Shown: one piece after another, positions 45,001-54,192 of the stretch
Numbering within the stretch: position 1 is the stretch's first letter
Layout of the letters: every line of letters starts with the position of its first letter
Virus record (IMG/VR): IMGVR_UViG_3300035703_000006
Coordinates: 1-64,000 of that record
Length of the DNA: 64,000 nt
Strand: one strand, 5' to 3'
Program-made: the position numbers and the translations under genes
The notes under the pieces: generated by a model
Seen by the model: the letters and a program-made list of their open reading frames with translations, nothing else
The model's database searches: none
What the model was told of the DNA's origin: nothing

Positions 45001-46565
45001 CAGATGGATTTGGAAAAAATCTAATTTTAACTATACCAAATAATCCTGGAATTATTTCTTCCTTCAATTCAATTCTTATTGATAATATTCAAGGAAAAGT
45101 GAATACATCTGGTTCATATACGTTGACAAATAATGGTTCAGAATTAACTAGTGCAACAGTAGTCAGTTCTCTTGAATTGACTAACGGATTATACTTTAAA
45201 GTCAATCACAATAATCATGGAATGTATGCAGCAAATAATCAAGTAATCTTAAGTGGAATTGAATCTGATTATTCTCCAGAAACTTTGGTAAGTGACTATT
45301 CTTCTACATCTACTGATAATATTGTAGTTTCTTCTGGTTCTATATTTGCAACTTTTGAAAATGTTGGAGTTGCATCAACAAATCCAGGATATGTTTTAAT
45401 TGATCAAGAAATTATTAAATATACTGGAGTTTCTGGAAATTCATTAACTGGAATAACAGGAAACAGAGGAATAGATGGAACAATACCAACTTTACATAAG
45501 GCAAAATCTTTAGTATTTAAATATGAAATGAATGGCATTTCATTAAGGAGAATTAATAAAACTCACACATTTACTGATGTCGATGTAAGTAATTATCCTA
45601 TTGAAATGGATTCTTATTATTTGAAAGTTGACACATCATCCAAAACAGGGACAGATAGAACTGCTGGAAGTGCTGTTGGACCAGAACTATTTTTCAATCA
45701 ATCAAAATCTTGTGGTTCGTATTTATCTAACACACCACAACTAAATTCATTAATTGGTCCAAAAGCAACTCAAAACATAGTATTTAATAATGTCAGACCA
45801 AACATAATCACAATGTTGCCAAATATGACCTCAATAGATACCAAATTAAGGACAACATCTGCGACTAGTGTAAATGGAACTGAATTGTCATTTTTTGATG
45901 CTGGTTTTGATAATATTTCTTTGAATTCAAATAATGAATTTAATTCGGTAAGAATGATATGCTCCAAGGTCAATGAAGAATTTCATTTAAATTCTTTACC
46001 TGGAAATAAATCATTGACGATTGAATTATCTTTACAAACAAATGATTCTAAGGTTTCTCCTGTAATTGATTTTGATCGTGTAAGTTTAATTACAACTATG
46101 AATAGAATTGATTCCCCTGTCAAAAATTACTTATCTGATCCAAGAATCAATCAACTGACTGGTGATCCAAATTCTGCAATTTACTTATCAAAGATAGTAA
46201 AGTTAGAAAAATCATCAGATAATTTAAAAGTTTTATTCGATGCATATAGAAATAAATCTAATGATTTTAGAGTTCTATATCGTTTATTGAGAAATGATAC
46301 TCCAGATGAACAGCAAGTGTGGGAGTTTTTCCCAGGTTATGATAATTTAGATCAAAATAGCAATGTTATAGATCCATCTAAAAACAATGGAAAACCAGAT
46401 AGATTTGTGCCATCATCTAATACTATAGATGATTATGGAAATTATGAATTTACCGCAAAAAATTTACCACTATTCAATGGATTTCAAATTAAAATTATTA
46501 TGGCAGGAACAAATCAGGCACAAGTTCCCTACATTAAAGATCTTCGCATTATTGCAACAATATGA
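39093..46565 (+). CDS. Very large virion structural protein (DUF4815-like)
   Basis: MPQNTNLNVSPYFDDF, RELTTLQSILQNQIEKFG, APGADRLKI, DPLAQSF. Confidence 0.8.
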   Translation: MPQNTNLNVSPYFDDFSDQKGYQRVLFKPGTPIQSRELTTLQSILQNQIEKFGKHFFKEGSVVIPGQIGYDDQYYSVQIDESHLGIPVSSYIEKFIGKSIQGETSGITAVVENYITNEESERGNYTLYVKYKNSSSTNFTTRTFIDGENLISLEDVDYTLSAIQRNTSFATAIISNSTSIGSAAKIEEGVYFIRGFFLNVKKQTIILNQYDNKPSYRVGLFIDEEIAVSSNSYNDLFDNAQGFSNYSAPGADRLKISLSLIKKPLDDFNDENFVELMRLNSGILIKFVNDSDYNLLKNEFARRTYDESGDYYIKPFNVHLKESLNDKIGNNGIYSEKQKTTQGNVPSDDLSCLSISPGKAYVRGYEIETISNISVDIEKPRTTEKVSNSSVPFNIGRKIIVNNVFGSIPVGFGTTSQVSLYSDRTSTVGVSSGSKIGVARVYDFKLKNSEYSNAATQFELFLYDIQTYTKLTLNSTLTSLSTPAFIEGKSSGASGYLVSNVSNSSELILYQVSGSFISNEQLKSNGEDLDRVVSSLTDYNLSDVHQIIANETTGIGTFTSDPLLSLQTLLAPSGAQFSISSGGVVKSGQENFYVGIKVGDIVSYTKQGDIVPTYNKVSAISTSGKTITITPTTSVSGICSGSLPASDIAVNDFKKVSLEILNNQNAFLYSKLSDSNVSNVDLTGSEIIIRKSYQIPSSSFSSGSYSQVLETDPNLTLLPFDEEDYNLSFSDGVTPPLDDQKLTISGRTISIQGISPNSNSSILTATFKKINTSSRKKIYNRCSSLIVNKTLSGINTSTNGLTKSNIYGLRVEDKEISLNVPEVERIIGVYESSTSSDPVLPNITLTNLNSNILNLVKGERIIGNDSNAVAVVVSSNSTNIVELSYLNENLFYIGENVTFEESKVSGKIDSIIVGDRNIKNNYILDEGQRLEYLDFSRIIRKNEFSPPTKKLKIIFNNYTINSADDGDLVSVDSYDKERYGKNISFVGSNSLSDVIDLRPRVSSYSGVYSPFEYQSRNFETINSSKNIFSNNKDINLSYEYYLPRIDKLYLNKYGIFFLNKGVPSKEPKEPNSLDSSLEVATIRLPAYLYNTEDASIILSPHKRYTMRDVSKLEDRIKNIEYYTSLSLLESDTQNLSIRDPQTKLDRFKCGFFVDNFRSYNGGQIRNRDYKSSIDTANGILRPPHYTTSIDLLIGSESVIGLGSVTNPNADLRFVDDFGSPNIKKIGSQLLLNYSEIEYVKNIFATRSENVNPFHVINWIGSIELNPSSDTWIETRRTDRTIDIEGSYQQAIQQLGVDTNTGLSPIDWNSWETNWTGESISNGPELGRLLQGSTNLGTTTNDPGGGRRLVTDTTTFRDNFLTFSEQTVTRTGTSTRNGIQFRVSEKFDSTNLGDRVVSREIIKKMRSRNIEIIARRLKPSSRFYCFFDSVDLTSYVVPKLLEVSMVSGTFSSGETIVGTLGSKSIKFRLSQQNHKYGPYNSPTEVYTENPYQPSNLLSNSYSSTTTILNVDTASLSINSESNFYGSVIQGMQIVGQTSNAIATISDIRLISDSSGVFIGSLLIPDSTIPSTPSFETGTKTLVLTTSSTNSTVITSNESTAETNFYSEGALDNVENSTLRIKNANIERLPRTESILASETETNLVADTTSVTRTTQSQRWVDPLAQSFEVADRNGVFITKCDIYFKTKDTKGIPVTLQIRTMRDGTPTQEILPFGEVVLNAKDVNISEDGTIPTTFTFSSPIYLEPVGSGYAIALVSSSNEYNVWISRMGETDISTINNPDSEKVIVSQQPTLGSLFKSQNGSTWEPSQLEDLKFTLYRANFVTSPASIRFYNPELAVGNNQIVSLRPNPINTNSNSALVGIGTSLSSAQQSSLVVGNTISQTSNTNFTGKLKSLVGAIGINSTLTLTNSGIGFTSGPKVYSNINLVTLSGFGNNAKVNLSVSGGVAVAATITNGGSGYKIGDTLTINSSDTDGFGKNLILTIPNNPGIISSFNSILIDNIQGKVNTSGSYTLTNNGSELTSATVVSSLELTNGLYFKVNHNNHGMYAANNQVILSGIESDYSPETLVSDYSSTSTDNIVVSSGSIFATFENVGVASTNPGYVLIDQEIIKYTGVSGNSLTGITGNRGIDGTIPTLHKAKSLVFKYEMNGISLRRINKTHTFTDVDVSNYPIEMDSYYLKVDTSSKTGTDRTAGSAVGPELFFNQSKSCGSYLSNTPQLNSLIGPKATQNIVFNNVRPNIITMLPNMTSIDTKLRTTSATSVNGTELSFFDAGFDNISLNSNNEFNSVRMICSKVNEEFHLNSLPGNKSLTIELSLQTNDSKVSPVIDFDRVSLITTMNRIDSPVKNYLSDPRINQLTGDPNSAIYLSKIVKLEKSSDNLKVLFDAYRNKSNDFRVLYRLLRNDTPDEQQVWEFFPGYDNLDQNSNVIDPSKNNGKPDRFVPSSNTIDDYGNYEFTAKNLPLFNGFQIKIIMAGTNQAQVPYIKDLRIIATI

Positions 46566-46762
46566 TACCAGTAGAAGGACATAAAGGTCTCTATAGAGAT
46601 GAAAACACTAATGCAATTGTAAATTGCAATGATTATCAGTATGAAGAATATTTGAAATTAAAAAACGAATCTCTATCAGAAAAACAAGAAATTGAAAATT
46701 TAAAAAATGAGTTGAATGAGATTAAAAGTTTACTAAAGCATTTAATAAATAATCAATCATAA
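46562..46762 (+). CDS. Small conserved hypothetical protein
   Basis: VEGHKGLYRDENTNAIVN plus a coiled-coil tail; ATGA overlap. Confidence 0.75.
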   Translation: MIPVEGHKGLYRDENTNAIVNCNDYQYEEYLKLKNESLSEKQEIENLKNELNEIKSLLKHLINNQS

Positions 46763-46765
46763 ATA
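46758..46765 (+). promoter_or_regulatory. Late promoter variant (CATAAATA)
   Basis: Just before 46793. Confidence 0.5.
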
Positions 46766-46792
46766 TTATAGAATAAAGGGGTTGTTGATAAA

Positions 46793-47146
46793 ATGTCTGT
46801 ATACGTAGTTAATATAGTGATTCCGTATGGATCAGACTTCAATCAATCATTTTTTCTTGAAGACGCAGAGTCAAATTCATCTCTTAATTTGACAAATTAT
46901 AGTGTGTATTCAATGATTAAAAAAAGTCCATTATCATTAACTACTTCAGCAAATTTTAATGTATCTGTAGTTGCTCCTGCAACTCAGGGACAGATTTTAA
47001 TTTCTTTGGCATCTAGTATCACTTCTTCATTAAAACCAGGAAGATATTCTTATGATATATTGATAAAAAACAATTCAACTGGAATAAAAACTAGAGTAGT
47101 AGAAGGGAGTGCCTTAGTTACACCAGGAATTACAACAGCGGCATAG
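46793..47146 (+). CDS. Putative virion accessory protein
   Basis: LKPGRYSYDILI...TRVVEGSALVTPG; upstream of the neck genes. Confidence 0.7.
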   Translation: MSVYVVNIVIPYGSDFNQSFFLEDAESNSSLNLTNYSVYSMIKKSPLSLTTSANFNVSVVAPATQGQILISLASSITSSLKPGRYSYDILIKNNSTGIKTRVVEGSALVTPGITTAA

Positions 47147-47151
47147 AAAAA

Positions 47152-47967
47152 ATGGCTCAACCATCAACAAGACAAGGATTAATTGATTATTGTTTAAGAA
47201 AACTGGGATATCCAGTTTTAGAAATAAATGTAGATGACGATCAGATTGATGATTTAGTTGATGATGCAATTCAATATTTTAATGAAAGGCATTTTGATGG
47301 GATGGAAAGGGTTTATCTTAAACATAAATTGACTCCAGAAGAAAAAAATATAGTAAGAACAGGTGTCACTACAACTAGCGCAACTACAAATGTTGGTATA
47401 ACTTCAATATCATATGAAGAATCAAATAATTTTATACAACTTCCAGATAGTGTAATCGGTGTTTTCAATGTTTTTAAATCAGATGCAAATACAATATCAA
47501 GTGGATTATTTAATATAAAATATCAATTATTCTTAAATGATTTGTATTATTATGGAGCATTGGATTTATTAAACTATGCAATGGTTAAAACCCATCTTGA
47601 AGATATTAGTAGGATTATTACTCCTGATGTTCAATTAAGATTTAATAAAAAACAACATAGATTGTATTTGGATATTGATTGGGCTATGGTTAATAGCAAT
47701 AGTTATATTATTATTGATTGTTTTAGATTCGTAGATCCCTCAGATTTTCCAAAAGTCTATAATGATTGGTGGTTGAAAAAATATTTAACTTCATTAATTA
47801 AAAGACAATGGGGTATAAATATGAGTAAATTTCAGGGAGTTCAACTTCCTGGAGGAATTACTTTAAATGGAAGACAACTATATGATGACGCAGTTTTAGA
47901 ATTGGAAAAACTTGAAGAACAACTACATAACGAATATGAATTACCACCTATGGATATGATTGGATAA
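47152..47967 (+). CDS. gp13: Neck protein gp13
   Basis: YCLRKLGYPVLEINVDDDQIDD, QLPGGITLNGRQLYDDA. Confidence 0.92.
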   Translation: MAQPSTRQGLIDYCLRKLGYPVLEINVDDDQIDDLVDDAIQYFNERHFDGMERVYLKHKLTPEEKNIVRTGVTTTSATTNVGITSISYEESNNFIQLPDSVIGVFNVFKSDANTISSGLFNIKYQLFLNDLYYYGALDLLNYAMVKTHLEDISRIITPDVQLRFNKKQHRLYLDIDWAMVNSNSYIIIDCFRFVDPSDFPKVYNDWWLKKYLTSLIKRQWGINMSKFQGVQLPGGITLNGRQLYDDAVLELEKLEEQLHNEYELPPMDMIG

Positions 47968-49343
47968 TGACACCACTAAATCCTTATTTTTTACACGGAT
48001 CTTCAAGTGAACAAAGACTTGTTCAAGATTTAATTAATGAACAATTGAGAATGTATGGGCAAGATGTAGTCTACATGCCCAGAAAATTAATTAATGAAAA
48101 AACTATCATCAAGGAAGCAATTGTTTCTAAATTTGATGATAGTTTTAGAATAGAAGCATACGTAATGAATTTTGAAGGATTTGGAGGGCAAGGTGACATT
48201 TTAAGCAAATTTGGTGTCAGAACAACAGATGAATTAAATTTAATAATATCAAAAGAAAGATATGAAGATTTTATTTCCCCCTTTTTAATTTCAGATTCAA
48301 AAATAAAAGTTGCAACAAGACCACAAGAGGGAGATCTTATATATTTTCCACTCGATAATTCACTTTTTGAAATTAAGTACGTAGAGGGAAAACAACCATT
48401 TTATCAATTAAATAATTTATATGTTTATCAATTAAAATGTGAAATATTTGAATATGAAGATGAAAATATTTCTACCACAATTGATGAAGTTGACCAATCA
48501 GTTAAGGATTTTGGATATATTCAAACCATCACAATGGTATCTTCTGCATCTACATCAGCAACAGCAAGTATTTCATATTTACCAACAGAAAAATCAATTC
48601 AGTATATTGATCTCATTAATGACGGAACTGGATATTTAACGACTCCATTAATTCGTATTGAAAAAGCACCTGCTGGAGGAATTGATGCCACAGCAGTTGC
48701 AATTATGACTTACAGACCACCAAGAAAAGGAAGTTCTATTGATAAAATTTTACTTATAAATCCTGGTGCTGGTTATACTATGACACCAAAAGTTGAAATT
48801 TTAAGTGATACTGGAACTGGTGGAATTGCAACGGCAGTTATTTCTACTGGATCTCTTGGTCAAATATCAATACTAACTAGTGGATCTGGATATTCTTCTG
48901 CACCAAATGTTGCAATTACTTCTGCACCAGCAGGCGGATCAAATGCGACAGCACAGGCATTTATTAATTCTGCAGGAATAGTAACTGCAATTAGATTCGT
49001 AAACTCTGGTGCTGGATACACTTCTATACCCAGTGTCACTTTATCTTCCCCTGTTGGAACTTCAACTGGCAATTTCATCTTTAACGAAGCAGTCAAAGGT
49101 GTTTCTACCGGAACAACCGCATATGTTAAAAATTGGGATGCTGATACAAAAGTCCTTAAAGTTTCAATTGCAAATGGAAACTTTGCTTTAGGGGAACTTA
49201 TAGTTGGGTCAAAAGCAACTCACAAAGTCTTTTCAATTCAATCTGATGATTTATATGATCCATATGCGGAAAATATTCAAATAGAAAACGAGTCCGATAC
49301 TATATTAGATTTTACTCAAAGAAATCCTTTTGGTGATTACTAA
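47967..49343 (+). CDS. gp14: Neck protein gp14 with an inserted repeat domain
   Basis: NEQLRMYGQDVVYMPR, RPQEGDLIYFP, C-terminal DFTQRNPFGDY. Confidence 0.9.
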   Translation: MTPLNPYFLHGSSSEQRLVQDLINEQLRMYGQDVVYMPRKLINEKTIIKEAIVSKFDDSFRIEAYVMNFEGFGGQGDILSKFGVRTTDELNLIISKERYEDFISPFLISDSKIKVATRPQEGDLIYFPLDNSLFEIKYVEGKQPFYQLNNLYVYQLKCEIFEYEDENISTTIDEVDQSVKDFGYIQTITMVSSASTSATASISYLPTEKSIQYIDLINDGTGYLTTPLIRIEKAPAGGIDATAVAIMTYRPPRKGSSIDKILLINPGAGYTMTPKVEILSDTGTGGIATAVISTGSLGQISILTSGSGYSSAPNVAITSAPAGGSNATAQAFINSAGIVTAIRFVNSGAGYTSIPSVTLSSPVGTSTGNFIFNEAVKGVSTGTTAYVKNWDADTKVLKVSIANGNFALGELIVGSKATHKVFSIQSDDLYDPYAENIQIENESDTILDFTQRNPFGDY

Positions 49344-49377
49344 TTGCAATTACTAAATAATTATAAAGTGTTTGATT

Positions 49378-50436
49378 ATGTTAGGAACGTATAGTTATCA
49401 CGAAATTATAAGGAAGACAATCATATCTTTTGGTACGCTTTTTAATAATATTTTAATTAAGCACGAAGAGCAAGATGGAACTGATTATAGTTTAATTAAA
49501 GTTCCTATTGCGTATGGACCTATTCAAAAGTTTTTAGCAAGATTAGAACAAAAACCAGATTTAAGAAAAAGAGTTGCTTTGACTCTTCCTCGTATGTCTT
49601 TTGAATTATCAAGTATTAATTATGATGCAAGTAGAAAAGTTTCTACATTACAAACATTTAAAGCATTAAATTCAGAAAATCAAAATAAAGCAGTTAAGGT
49701 TTATATGCCAGTCCCATATAATTTGGGGATAAAATTAAGCATAATGGCAAAATATAATGATGATATGCTTCAAATTTTAGAACAAATTTTACCATTTTTT
49801 CAACCATCATTCTCATTAACAATCGATTTAGTATCATCCATTGGAGAAAAAAAAGATGTTCCAATGATATTAGAAAACATTCAAATGGAAGATAATTATG
49901 AAAGTGATTTTACAACAAGAAGAGTTTTAATTTATACTTTAAATTTTGTTGCTAAAACATATATTTTTGGTCCGATTGCAGATAGTACAGATGCGTTAAT
50001 CAAAAAAGTTCAAGTTGATTATTATACTGATACTAATACAAAAAATTCTTCAAGACAATTGCGATATACTGCAACTCCAAGAGCAATTAAAGACTACAAT
50101 AACGATAATACAACCACTTTAGCAGAAGAAATTAATGAATATGTTACAGAAATTGAAGTTTCCAATGCATCCTTATTAACTGCTAATACTTATATTATGA
50201 TAGAAAAAGAAGAAATGTTTATTAAGAATATTGATGGAAATACTTTAAAAGTATTAAGAGGACAGGACAATACTATTGCAATATCTCATCCAATAAATTC
50301 TTCAGTTGATATAATAAATGCAACTGATAATAATTTAATTGAACCAGATGATGATTTTGGATTTAGTGAAAATTATTTTGATTTTGGTGATGGTAAAATC
50401 TATAGCACAACAAAGGGAGTTGATGTATCGTTATGA
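49378..50436 (+). CDS. gp15: Tail sheath stabilizer/terminator gp15
   Basis: FGTLFNNI, KVPIAYGPIQKFLARL, QILEQILPFFQP. Confidence 0.92.
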   Translation: MLGTYSYHEIIRKTIISFGTLFNNILIKHEEQDGTDYSLIKVPIAYGPIQKFLARLEQKPDLRKRVALTLPRMSFELSSINYDASRKVSTLQTFKALNSENQNKAVKVYMPVPYNLGIKLSIMAKYNDDMLQILEQILPFFQPSFSLTIDLVSSIGEKKDVPMILENIQMEDNYESDFTTRRVLIYTLNFVAKTYIFGPIADSTDALIKKVQVDYYTDTNTKNSSRQLRYTATPRAIKDYNNDNTTTLAEEINEYVTEIEVSNASLLTANTYIMIEKEEMFIKNIDGNTLKVLRGQDNTIAISHPINSSVDIINATDNNLIEPDDDFGFSENYFDFGDGKIYSTTKGVDVSL

Positions 50437-50864
50437 AAAGTAAATTTGATAAAATAAACGAAACTCTAAATATAGAATCAACCTCCATAGTGAAAGAGGT
50501 TGAAACAACTAAATCTAAAAATATTCAAAAAGTTGAAGAAAGAATTCCATTAGATTGTTCTGATGAAGATTTTGAATATACAAGAGGTAATTTATATTCT
50601 TTGATAGAGAAAGGACAAGAGGCAATCAATGATATTATGGAATTAGCACATCAAAGTGAAAGTCCAAGAGCATATGAAGTTGCCGGTCAATTAATTAAAA
50701 ATGTTGGTGATGTTACAGATAAATTAATTGATTTGCAGCAAAAAATGAAAAAATTAAAAGAAGAAGATGTAAAAGGTCCAAAAAATGTTACCAATGCTTT
50801 ATTTGTTGGGTCAACAGCAGACTTACAGAAATTACTCAAACAACAATTTATAGACAATAAATAG
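50433..50864 (+). CDS. gp16: Terminase small subunit gp16
   Basis: DFEYTRGNLYSLIEKG, ESPRAYEVAGQLIK, ALFVGSTADLQKLL. Confidence 0.9.
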   Translation: MKSKFDKINETLNIESTSIVKEVETTKSKNIQKVEERIPLDCSDEDFEYTRGNLYSLIEKGQEAINDIMELAHQSESPRAYEVAGQLIKNVGDVTDKLIDLQQKMKKLKEEDVKGPKNVTNALFVGSTADLQKLLKQQFIDNK

Positions 50865-50874
50865 TTTAAAAACT

Positions 50875-52074
50875 ATGAAAACTTTTTCACGATTTCTTAT
50901 AGAAGCAACTGACCCTAAAGGTCCTATCAAGAAATATATGTCTCCAGAGGAGATTGCGAAAAAGCACAAAATTTCATTAGAAACTTTAAATTCTCAGTTA
51001 GATATGGGAATTAAAGTTGAAAGTGAGCACACTGGAAGTAAAAAAATGGCAAGAATGATTGCCTTACAACACTTAGAAGAACTTCCAGATTATTACTCTA
51101 GACTAAAAAAAGCAGAAAAAATTAAAGAAGAAGGTCTTCTTGCTTGGTTTGGTCAATCCAAATCAAAAGGTAAAAAAGGTAAAAAGGGAAAACGTGGTTG
51201 GGTTGATGTTGTAGATGGTGATGCTTGTGCCAGAGAAGAAGGGGAAACTGCAACTCCAAAATGTGTACCATCTTGGAGACGTGCTTCTATGAGTAAAGAA
51301 GAAAGACTTGCTGCTCAGGCAAGAAAACGTCGTCAAGATCCAAATCAACCACAAAAATCTGGAGCAGCAAAACCAACTTATGTCAAAACCGACTATACAC
51401 CAGAAGGTGACATGAATCTTCAAGAAATAAAGGACAGACCAGGAAAAGGTAGTGGTAAAAAAGATGCTTGCTATCATAAAGTAAAATCAAGATATAGAGT
51501 TTGGCCAAGTGCATATGCTTCTGGTGCTTTGGTTAAGTGTCGAAAGGTTGGTGCGGATAGTTGGGGAACAAAATCGGAAAGCACTGATGCTCTTGCGTAT
51601 GATTGGGATGGACCAATATATGAAGGAGAAAAAAGATATTGTCCCAACTGCAAAAAAATGGAATCCATGAGAGAATGTAAATATGGACCAAAATCTTGGT
51701 TATTATATTCTTCTGCTATTGAACCCACATTTCCCACAATTTCAATTTCTAATAAAAAATATGACCCAAATAGACCTCATCCAGCAAATGAAGAAATAAA
51801 ATATAATTACTCTGATAATAAAATAAAAAATATCCGAGAAATATATACTAGAATACAATCAAGAGGTTCTACTTATTCTATAATGTTTAACTGGAGAGGT
51901 AGATATCTTTCTGCACAAATGTTTTTCCCTCAGTTCACTAGACCATCAAAACAGCAAGTAACTTATGAACTAAGAAAAATATATCCAGATGCAATTGTTC
52001 TAAGTTTTAACCCTTCAATTAAAGACCCAACAAAACCTTTATTATTTACAGGAGAATTAGATGGATCCAGATAA
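50875..52074 (+). CDS. Multi-domain hypothetical protein
   Basis: Modules MGIKVESEH...QHLEELPDYYSRL and KDACYHKVKSRYRVWPSAYASGALVKCRK; lies between gp16 and gp17. Confidence 0.7.
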   Translation: MKTFSRFLIEATDPKGPIKKYMSPEEIAKKHKISLETLNSQLDMGIKVESEHTGSKKMARMIALQHLEELPDYYSRLKKAEKIKEEGLLAWFGQSKSKGKKGKKGKRGWVDVVDGDACAREEGETATPKCVPSWRRASMSKEERLAAQARKRRQDPNQPQKSGAAKPTYVKTDYTPEGDMNLQEIKDRPGKGSGKKDACYHKVKSRYRVWPSAYASGALVKCRKVGADSWGTKSESTDALAYDWDGPIYEGEKRYCPNCKKMESMRECKYGPKSWLLYSSAIEPTFPTISISNKKYDPNRPHPANEEIKYNYSDNKIKNIREIYTRIQSRGSTYSIMFNWRGRYLSAQMFFPQFTRPSKQQVTYELRKIYPDAIVLSFNPSIKDPTKPLLFTGELDGSR

Positions 52075-52249
52075 AATAACCTTAGATTGTTTAACTAAAA
52101 ATTTTGAATATGAAAGAATTTCAAGGGAAGTTGATTCTTGCGAAAACATAGAACAAGTAAGAAATATAGCAAAGTCATTTATAAAATTATACCTACAACA
52201 ACAAGAAGTTATATCAAAAATTGGATTAATTGATGGAAAAACACTATAA
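52061..52249 (+). CDS. NblA-like small helical protein
   Basis: ITLDCLTKNF...V....EQVRNIAKSFIKLYLQQ resembles the NblA pattern L.L...F...V.....EQA..FLVKLYEQ. Confidence 0.5.
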   Translation: MDPDKITLDCLTKNFEYERISREVDSCENIEQVRNIAKSFIKLYLQQQEVISKIGLIDGKTL

Positions 52250-53876
52250 GGGAAATCCTAATCTAAAAGCAGAAAATGTTTCAATAGATTGGACAAAGGA
52301 GAGACTTGATGAATATTTAAAATGCAAAAGTGATCCAATATATTTTGCAAAAAATTATGTAAAAATTGTATCTCTTGATCACGGATTAATTCCGTTTAGC
52401 ATGTATGATTTTCAAGAAACTTTAATTAGTAACTTTCATATTAATAGATTTAATATTGCAAAACTACCAAGGCAAACAGGAAAATCAACTACTGTAGTCT
52501 CTTATCTTCTTCATTATGCACTTTTTAATGATAATATAAGAATTGCAATTCTTGCAAATAAAGCAGAAACAGCAAGAGAATTATTACAAAGATTGCAATT
52601 GTCTTATGAAAATTTACCAGATTGGATGCAACAAGGAGTTGGTTCTTGGAATAAAGGATCCTTAGAATTGGAAAATGGATCTAAAATTGTGGCAGCATCT
52701 ACATCTTCATCTGCTGTAAGGGGAAACTCTTTTAATATTATTTTCTTAGATGAATTTGCTTTTATTCCAAATCATATTGCGGAGCAATTCTTTTCTTCTG
52801 TATATCCTACAATTTCCTCTGGTAATACTACAAAAGTGATTATCATCTCAACACCTAATGGGATGAATATGTTTTATAAACTTTGGCATGATGCCGAAAG
52901 AGGAAAAAATGGTTACATTCCGTTAGAGGTTCATTGGTCTCAAGTTCCAGGAAGAGATGCGGAATGGAAACGACAAACAATTGCAAACACTTCAGAAAGA
53001 CAATTCACACAAGAATTTGAATGTGAATTTTTAGGGTCTGTTGATACATTAATTACAGCATCAAAACTGAGAATGATGGCATATGATGATCCATTAACTA
53101 GAAGTAAAGGTCTAGATGTTTATGAAGAACCCCAAGAAAATAATACCTATTTAATGACTGTAGACGTATCTCGTGGAATGAGTAATGATTATTCTGCATT
53201 TATTGTGTTTGATATAAGTCAGTTTCCATACAAAGTTGTTGCAAAATATCGTAATAACGAAATTAAACCTATGCTTTTTCCAAATATCATTCACGAAGTT
53301 GCAAAAGCATATAACAAAGCATTTGTTCTTACCGAGGTTAATGATATTGGAGAACAAGTATCAAGCATTTTGCATTTTGATTTAGAATATGATAATATTT
53401 TAATGTGCTCTATGAGGGGAAGAGCAGGACAATTAGTTGGTCAAGGATTTTCCGGCAAAAAGACACAACTTGGTATTAAAATGTCTAAGACAGTTAAAAA
53501 AGTAGGTTGCTCAAACCTAAAAACAATTATTGAAGATGATAAGTTATTAATTAAAGATTATGATATCATCAGTGAATTGACTACTTTTATTCAAAAAAAT
53601 CAATCATTTGAAGCAGAAGAAGGTTGCAATGATGATCTTGCAATGTGTCTTGTTATTTTTTCTTGGTTAGTGGTCCAAGACTATTTCAAAGAAATGACAG
53701 ACAATGATGTCCGAAAAAGAATTTATGAAGAACAAAAGGATCAGATTGAACAAGATATGGCACCTTTTGGATTTATTATTGATGGGACAGATGAATCTAG
53801 TTTTGTTGATCAAGATGGAGATAGATGGTATTTGGATGAGTATGGTGACAGGTCATATATGTGGGAATACAGATAA
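52233..53876 (+). CDS. gp17: Terminase large subunit gp17
   Basis: KLPRQTGKST (Walker A), IIFLDEFAF, RQFTQEFECEFLGS, TVDVSRG, NDDLAMCLV. Confidence 0.95.
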   Translation: MEKHYKGNPNLKAENVSIDWTKERLDEYLKCKSDPIYFAKNYVKIVSLDHGLIPFSMYDFQETLISNFHINRFNIAKLPRQTGKSTTVVSYLLHYALFNDNIRIAILANKAETARELLQRLQLSYENLPDWMQQGVGSWNKGSLELENGSKIVAASTSSSAVRGNSFNIIFLDEFAFIPNHIAEQFFSSVYPTISSGNTTKVIIISTPNGMNMFYKLWHDAERGKNGYIPLEVHWSQVPGRDAEWKRQTIANTSERQFTQEFECEFLGSVDTLITASKLRMMAYDDPLTRSKGLDVYEEPQENNTYLMTVDVSRGMSNDYSAFIVFDISQFPYKVVAKYRNNEIKPMLFPNIIHEVAKAYNKAFVLTEVNDIGEQVSSILHFDLEYDNILMCSMRGRAGQLVGQGFSGKKTQLGIKMSKTVKKVGCSNLKTIIEDDKLLIKDYDIISELTTFIQKNQSFEAEEGCNDDLAMCLVIFSWLVVQDYFKEMTDNDVRKRIYEEQKDQIEQDMAPFGFIIDGTDESSFVDQDGDRWYLDEYGDRSYMWEYR

Positions 53877-54107
53877 ATGAACATAAGTGATCAGTTTGAA
53901 TTGGAGCACTTATTTTTAACAGAAAGAAAATGTAGAGTTTGTAAAGAAATAAAAGATTTGATTGATGGTTTTTATTTAACTCGTAAAGGTAGAGGGGATA
54001 TATCATCCGCATATTCATATGAATGTAAAATATGCACAATCAAAAGAATCACTCAAAATAGAAAAAAAAATATAAGCACATTTTATTGGGAATACCCAGA
54101 TTGGTAA
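53877..54107 (+). CDS. Small zinc-ribbon protein
   Basis: CRVC...ECKIC. Confidence 0.7.
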   Translation: MNISDQFELEHLFLTERKCRVCKEIKDLIDGFYLTRKGRGDISSAYSYECKICTIKRITQNRKKNISTFYWEYPDW

Positions 54108-54146
54108 ATGTTCACTGGCCGTTTCCCCATTGTAAAGTATGTAATT

Positions 54147-54154
54147 TATAAATA
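54147..54154 (+). promoter_or_regulatory. T4-type late promoter
   Basis: TATAAATA upstream of gp18. Confidence 0.75.
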
Positions 54155-54192
54155 TTTCTAGGCAAAATGAACTTCTTAACGAGGGGAAACAA

